DNA of 64,000 nt from positions 96,001 to 160,000 of the forward strand of contig CAWFQL010000006.1 in assembly GCA_963817915.1 (NCBI GenBank), given 5' to 3'. The notes under the pieces were generated by a model. It did not search any database and had not been told where the DNA came from. It saw only the letters and a list, made by a program, of their open reading frames with translations. This document shows positions 57,927-64,000 of the stretch, one piece after another; within the stretch, counting starts at the first letter, position 1, and each line of letters opens with the position of its first letter. This DNA comes from an uncultured candidate division Zixibacteria bacterium. Lineage in GTDB: Bacteria; Zixibacteria; MSB-5A5; UBA10806. The translations under genes were made by a program, and so were the position numbers.

Positions 57927-59603
57927 CTATTGTACAGGATTCAAGAACCAGTCAAGCATTCTGCGAGTAACCGCTACTGCCTGTGATTTCTCCATAAAGT
58001 ACAACGGGAACGAGAAATATGAGGTTTTGTATCCTGTCGTCGTGAATCTGATTGCCGCAGGCAAATTTGCGTAGCGTGAGGTATCCGGATTAATCGCGCG
58101 ATAAAGATAGATCGTTTCCGATAATCCCTCAGGCGAGTCGCCTCTAACCAAAGTCTCTACGCCGCGCAACGCCTCCGCATAGTGATTGCTTGCAGTGGAT
58201 GTATATGAGACTCTCAATGTATCAACATAAATATCTTCGAATCCGGGCAGAATTGAAATTGCTCCGGAAAATTCAGCAGCCAAAGGCTCCGACCGCTTGG
58301 GAGTATTTACCGATATCAAATCAAGATATCTGTGTTGCAGGCTCGTAGAAGCAAAATTGACCTGTCCGTCACTTGAAGCCCCTGCAAGCGGGTTTTCGAA
58401 CGATCGACGCCCAACAACCCAGAGCATTCCACCAACATTTAAATAAGCCTTGTAGAACGCACGCTGGTCGGTCGAAACCGGTCCGTAGAGCGTATCCAGC
58501 CCTGAAGGGTCGGTAGCCAGGAAGGCATCGATATTTACTGCCATTACCATGCGATAATTGTATAGAATATCTTTATCGACTAAGAGAGTGCCATTTGTTG
58601 AGTACCAATCGTATTCTGATGGCGAATATCCGGCGGAATCCAAGAGCTGTGTATAGAATTCCCTTACGCTATCAGCGAATATGCTTCTCAGCTCGCCAGG
58701 CCTGTTTGTGGCATATCGGCTATGCTCAACAAGAAGGATCTTCTTAAAGTCGCTATTTCTAATCCATTGAGGTTCGAATACAGATATTACGCCGGTCGCG
58801 GGGACTTCAGCCGGTACGAGCGCGTCATCCCTGTTTCGAGCGTAAATCATATAGTAGCCTGTCACGAAATTTATAAGGCTCGTGCTCTTATTCATTGTCC
58901 AGTCCGAATGACTCTGCTCATCGATCAATGCCCAATATAAATGAGCCGGCAGCGTATCCGCGGAAGCGCTATCCGCGAACGGCCCGTAAGCCCTGACCTG
59001 CCATTGAAAATCGGGCTGCAATCCGGGGTAATCGAGCGAATCCTTGCCATCCCAGGCGATCGTGATTCCCTGCCATCTGGATGTCGATTCCGGCAAGCAC
59101 CATTGAGTAGAATCAGGCAATACTACTCGGCAAGTTGGGGGATGGTTCTTTCTTGAGAGCAAAAGATAAATTGTCGACGATGACGCGTTATCATCATCGA
59201 TAGCCCTCATAAAGACAAATTGATCGATGTAGACGGAGGTATCCTGCGACGAGTAAAGGAATACCTTTGTTTGGCTGATGTTGCCCGCTAATTCTGTCCA
59301 GGTTGCGGTATCAGGGAAACTATTTATGATGGCATCCGGACCGCCGTTACTATTGACATAGTCCGCGAGCAAGATTGAATAACGGTAAGCTTCAATCTGT
59401 CCGTCTTTATCGGTTCCCCACCATTTTATCGTAGGGTTCATTGTATAACGGGTCGAATCTATTGGAATATCCGCCCAACGAATTTGTGGCGCCACGTTGG
59501 GAACTACAGCGCCTTTACGGCTTGCAGGTCCGCAACTAATTAACAACACAGTTACCATTCCAAGGGCAAGTAGCGCGAGCAAAATCCTTTTTGTATTTAT
59601 CAT
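57927..59603 (-). CDS. Lipoprotein with Ig/FN3-like domains
   Basis: Lipobox LISC; W.G.D.DG, F.RAIDDD, W.GKD, ARNRD motifs. Confidence 0.7.
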   Translation of the reverse strand: MINTKRILLALLALGMVTVLLISCGPASRKGAVVPNVAPQIRWADIPIDSTRYTMNPTIKWWGTDKDGQIEAYRYSILLADYVNSNGGPDAIINSFPDTATWTELAGNISQTKVFLYSSQDTSVYIDQFVFMRAIDDDNASSSTIYLLLSRKNHPPTCRVVLPDSTQWCLPESTSRWQGITIAWDGKDSLDYPGLQPDFQWQVRAYGPFADSASADTLPAHLYWALIDEQSHSDWTMNKSTSLINFVTGYYMIYARNRDDALVPAEVPATGVISVFEPQWIRNSDFKKILLVEHSRYATNRPGELRSIFADSVREFYTQLLDSAGYSPSEYDWYSTNGTLLVDKDILYNYRMVMAVNIDAFLATDPSGLDTLYGPVSTDQRAFYKAYLNVGGMLWVVGRRSFENPLAGASSDGQVNFASTSLQHRYLDLISVNTPKRSEPLAAEFSGAISILPGFEDIYVDTLRVSYTSTASNHYAEALRGVETLVRGDSPEGLSETIYLYRAINPDTSRYANLPAAIRFTTTGYKTSYFSFPLYFMEKSQAVAVTRRMLDWFLNPVQ

Positions 59604-59621
59604 TTTATCGCCTGCCTCCCC

Positions 59622-60572
59622 TTAAAATTTGATTCCGAGTGAGAATCGGTTTACGTTGTCGAGAAACCCGAGATCCTGATAGGCATAATCGAGGTTGAGA
59701 TTGAACGAAGATAGCGGTAATCTTACGCCCGCCCCGAATGTCATTCCGCCTCCGACCTTGCTCTTATCGTAGTAGTCCTGATTGAATTTCTTGCCGAGTC
59801 TTAACGCAAATGTGCCGTTGTACCAGTATTCCAGTCCGACACCGTATTTTTCGAGATTATCATTGGGATGCTGCGCCTGGGCCGCGAATGTCAATCTGGA
59901 ACGCTCCGATTGTACTACATCGATTGATGTGCCAAATCTAAAATCGGTCGGCAACGGATATGATTCCGATATGAATGTCATATCCGGGCCAAAATTGGCA
60001 ATCGTCATGCAGATTTTGAAATTGCGGAATCCGGTATCATAATAAGTACCCAGATCCATCGCCCAGCCTGTCGCCTTTTCCACTTCGATAAATTCCGAAA
60101 TGTACTTGGCAGTGATTCCAATCGAGAATCGATCAGTCAAGCTTGCGCTGTATGAAAGGCCAAACGCATAGTCCGATGCCGTGAATGTCTCGCCGGTCCC
60201 CGCTGGAGCTGAGTAATCGGTCACCGGCATGTCACCCATTGTTAGCATGTAAAATGATGCCCCAATCGTACCTGCAATCTGCGGAACAGGAATGGCTACG
60301 CCCGCAAATTCGTAATTGATTCCCGCGGGGTAAGCGATATGAGTGAACATCGCCTCTTTTTTGGTCAGCAGGGACAATGCCCCCGGATTATAATACAGGA
60401 CCGAAGCGTCATCCGAAACTCCCAGAAACGCTTCACCCATTCCTACCGCCCTGGCTGAAACGCCAATCTGCAGGAATTTCGCCCCGGCTGTGCCGACCTT
60501 CGCCTGACCAAAGCAAATAGCCGGGTACATTAGCAGGATTGCCAAAGGCAATATCAATACAATTCTCTTCAT
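59622..60572 (-). CDS. PorV/PorQ family outer-membrane barrel
   Basis: FLQIGVSARAVGMGEA, YYNPGAL, C-terminal F. Confidence 0.88.
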   Translation of the reverse strand: MKRIVLILPLAILLMYPAICFGQAKVGTAGAKFLQIGVSARAVGMGEAFLGVSDDASVLYYNPGALSLLTKKEAMFTHIAYPAGINYEFAGVAIPVPQIAGTIGASFYMLTMGDMPVTDYSAPAGTGETFTASDYAFGLSYSASLTDRFSIGITAKYISEFIEVEKATGWAMDLGTYYDTGFRNFKICMTIANFGPDMTFISESYPLPTDFRFGTSIDVVQSERSRLTFAAQAQHPNDNLEKYGVGLEYWYNGTFALRLGKKFNQDYYDKSKVGGGMTFGAGVRLPLSSFNLNLDYAYQDLGFLDNVNRFSLGIKF

Positions 60573-60587
60573 CTATTTCCTCCCGGC

Positions 60588-63067
60588 CTATTTAATAATC
60601 GCTATTTTACCGATTTTCGACACTCCGCCGCCATCGACGGTATATAAATAAATGCCGGAAACCACTGCTTGCGTATTGCGGCTGATAAGGTCCCAGTGAT
60701 TTACTCCCGGACCATCTGAAGTCGTAGCATCGGAATGTTCTATCTGACGAACCAAATCGCCGTCAATCGTAAAGATTCTGATCGTGCATTGCGGCGGCAA
60801 TCCACCAAACATTATTCTTCGATCAAAATTGGTGTTGCCCGATCTGTCAGGATCTTCAAATCCCTGAGCGAGATACTTATCGATATCGGTTATCTTGTAA
60901 GGATTGGGATAAACCGTGATCCTGCTCTCCGATCCTGTCCGAGCGATCGCGTACACTTTTTTGGCGTTCATTGCCGGTGATGATTCCAACGGGGAAAGCT
61001 TAGTCGCCGGGTTGCCGTAATCATAGGCGGTAACCGCATAGTAAATTCCGTCGGATTCCGAAAGACCATTGATGGTCATCGAATATTTTCTCTCACCCGG
61101 TGTAACTCTTACCTTGTCGAGAGTGTTGTTCCAGCCGTGCTTTACCCAGGCATGCGTCGTATCGAAAAACACAGGATCATTTCGGATCGCTTCAGAAAAA
61201 TCCTCCAACCTACGAGGCGGGTTCTTCCATAGGACCCATTGCGGAGGGAAAGCTCCGGCATCATAATATGTCGAGTCATAATCGATTAGGTCATAGTCGC
61301 CTAAAAGAGTGTAATCATCAATGCGGCCGGATCTCGACATATATACGCGGTAACCTTCGAAATCAATATTGTTCGAGAAAGGATCGGCGAATGTTTCGCT
61401 GTTTTCGCCGTACCAATTCAGCGTAATTGTATTTGTCTGACTGATAATAGTGTCTACCGGAGATGGCGGCGGGGGCGGCCCTTTAAAGTCCGGCACACCA
61501 TCACCTCTGTACCAGAATATGCTGCCGTCAGCTAGCAATTTTGTAGCAGCCTCTGTTGTCGCAGAGTTCTCCCGGCCTGTTAATCACGATACCATCACTT
61601 GTATCGGTGTCCACTCCCGGATTATCATAAACCCATTCTGCCCACTGGGAATTGGTAGCAAAATCCAGGAAATTAAGGTTATTGTAATAGGCTAAAATGC
61701 TGGCGCTATCTTGAGTTTGACCCGGGTTGGCCAGGTTTGTGGAATAATTAGTGGGGTTGGTATGTAAATCCTGCCCGCAGATATAAGCTGTCGTAAGCTT
61801 CAATGTTTGCCCGGCCGCAATTTCCGTAAATGGCCCGAATGAGAATAGGTAACGAGTGTCAAATCCATTGGCAATATTATCTGCGTTAGCGGCTGGAGCA
61901 ATCCAGCCCGGATGCGCTATACCACTCCAAATTTGGTCATAGTCAAATTCGCGATTCGACATGACCTGATATTTGGCTCTGTCTCCACCAGGGGTCCCTC
62001 TGCCCCCTCCCGGGAAAAACCCTCTATAATTGGATAGTAACTGCGGCCCCCAATCCAAAGCTGGAGTTGTGTTGGATATCCACCAGTTAAAGCCAAATTC
62101 CAAGGCTTCAGTCGGAGCCCTGACTACTCTAACCCCGGATACGCCTGTTGGTGATCGATAATCATATGTTCCATCGTAAGGCTGGCCATCATTGTCGGCT
62201 ATCCAGGCAGTATTGATTCTTGTCGTATCCCTCATATTTGGCGATACATAAAGCGAATCAAATCCGCAGATATCGTCCTGGGCGCCCTGTTCCAATCCGT
62301 AAGGATCTTCGGAGCGTATGATAAACGTCGGCATCGATATACATCGCCAGCCAGACATTTTTAAGGTTTCTCTGGCCTATATTTTTGAATTCATAATCGA
62401 ATAGTACGAAGTCTTCAGCGTATTCATAACTCCATGAATAACTCTTCTGTTTGATGGCAAGACGCAGAGGTATATGCTGACGGCCGTCTATCGGGTCGCG
62501 TACTACAAATGAAGATGTTGTGAATGTATCCGTATATGTCGCGATATAGTCCTGTTCAGATTTAGCCGAATCTCCATCAGGTCCTACGAGGTCGCCGTAA
62601 GGGTAAACATTGGAGGGCCTGATTGAACGAACCTCGATCTGTCCATCCGGCGGCATGGCAGGGAATAATTCAAAGGTTTGTGCCCACCAACCGTCATTTC
62701 CAATTGACACGAGAGTATCAAGTTTAGCGTTACCGAGGTTATCCACGGTATCAACTGTCGCGCCTATCCAAAGTGCGCCCTGGAAAAGATAGTTTAAATT
62801 CGATCCGCCCGGATAAACGCATCCCGGCGCGGGGTTAGAAATGCCATCCCAATCAGGGTAAGCTCCATCTTGGCTGCCGAAAAACCCGAAATTGGTGATC
62901 GATAGCCAGATCTTTCCCACTCGATGGACTCTGAGCATCGTATTGGGGAGAACCGCGGGTTTAGCAAAGTACGGCCCTCGACCTCCATTCGTGCTCTCCT
63001 CCATAAAAGCGGCCTGAGTGCTTGCCGAGATTCCTAATAGAAGAAATAGCAATATTAATTTCTTCAT
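60588..63067 (-). CDS. Large secreted protein with FN3-like region and T9SS/FlgD-like CTD (frameshifts near 62315 and 61545)
   Basis: Three consecutive ORF fragments; signal peptide, NFGFFG, DFEGYRVY, VYPNPY...IRIFTI.G.LVR...WDL...SGIY. Confidence 0.75.
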
Positions 63068-63218
63068 CAAAATACTACCTCCATTTCTTCTCCGCGAATG
63101 GCACATTCATAATGATCACCCGGGGAGAAGCATAATAATGAGATTATCTCGTATTTTTTGTCCATGCTTTCCATATCTTTAAATAAGGGGGCCGATATTC
63201 AATCGGCCCCGTCTTTCC

Positions 63219-64000
63219 CTAAAAATTCATTGCCAAACTAATAATTACCTGTCTGCCAGCTTCAAATAGCGCTGGATCCATGTCAATTGCGGTTCCGGTT
63301 TGTATCCTACGATTTTCATTCTGGCTGGTATAAGGCAGGCCGGTCGTGGCATACACTCCATTGGGATTTTTGGTATCGAATAAATTATTGACTCTGAAAG
63401 AGACAGTATAATTGAGTTTCCAGATCTGGAAATTCTTGTCAAATCTGACATCGAAATTCGAATAACCGGGCATCCTCATGGAATTTGTCAACGGTTCTTT
63501 TGTCACTATCACCAATCCGGGATATTTGACATCGGGGGTAAACGGTTTTCCGCTCTTATATTGCCAGATAAAATTCAACGCCCAATCATCAGGCAATGTG
63601 AATATGCCGATCTTCTGATGATTACCTTTGGACGCTCTGATATCGCCTGTCACCTTCAACTGATGGCGAATATCCCAATCAAGCGGTCTCTCCTGCAGAG
63701 GTATTTCCTGACGTAGGAACCTGGCAAAATAGTCGGCGGATTCCGTAGAATTTTTGCCGTACGCCCAGGTATACTCGTAATCAACTGAACCGGCGAAGAA
63801 CGTGCTTACCTTCTTCTCGATCTGCAGCTCCAGCCCGCGAGCGCGACCATAATCGACATTTGAATAAATGTCAGTGCTGATCGGGCCGTACGACTGCCTT
63901 ATCGAATTTAGCAAGCCATAATAATCTTTATAGAATCCCGAAACGCTCAATATGTATCCGAGAGGCAGAGAATATTGGACACCCAATTCGTATTGGATCG
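63219..64000 (-). CDS. TonB-dependent receptor, C-terminal part (runs off the window)
   Basis: FYKD, ARGLEL, DWDIRH, VNNLFD..N, terminal F. Confidence 0.88.
   Translation of the reverse strand, partial: IQYELGVQYSLPLGYILSVSGFYKDYYGLLNSIRQSYGPISTDIYSNVDYGRARGLELQIEKKVSTFFAGSVDYEYTWAYGKNSTESADYFARFLRQEIPLQERPLDWDIRHQLKVTGDIRASKGNHQKIGIFTLPDDWALNFIWQYKSGKPFTPDVKYPGLVIVTKEPLTNSMRMPGYSNFDVRFDKNFQIWKLNYTVSFRVNNLFDTKNPNGVYATTGLPYTSQNENRRIQTGTAIDMDPALFEAGRQVIISLAMNF

Overview
Bacterial chromosomal window. Gene content (PorV-family gene, proteins ending in T9SS/FlgD-like C-terminal domains, Hanks kinase-TPR, many Fe-S proteins) points to an anaerobe of the FCB group, possibly Zixibacteria; this is an inference, and the 16S here can test it. 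It holds a complete minus-strand rRNA operon (16S, tRNA-Ile, tRNA-Ala, 23S, 5S), tRNA-Thr, about 50 CDS and many REP-like palindromes. Main points: (1) an intact stand-alone portal / TerS-like / TerL DNA-packaging operon (15729-19010) with no capsid, tail or integrase nearby, plus a separate sigma-region-4 + Zn-HTH gene sharing a motif with the TerS-like protein, together a candidate domesticated GTA-like system; (2) a selenoprotein missed by the ORF track (signal peptide, thioredoxin UxxC, SECIS-like hairpin, TPR-like; 24087-25271); (3) a 442-nt ORF-less group I intron after U1923 of the 23S rRNA; (4) an HgcC-like / arsM / exported Cys-Cys-repeat protein cluster; (5) a TonB receptor / CTD protein / PorV / lipoprotein operon. 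At least eight genes, including rpe, carry small frameshifts that are most likely sequencing or assembly indels.
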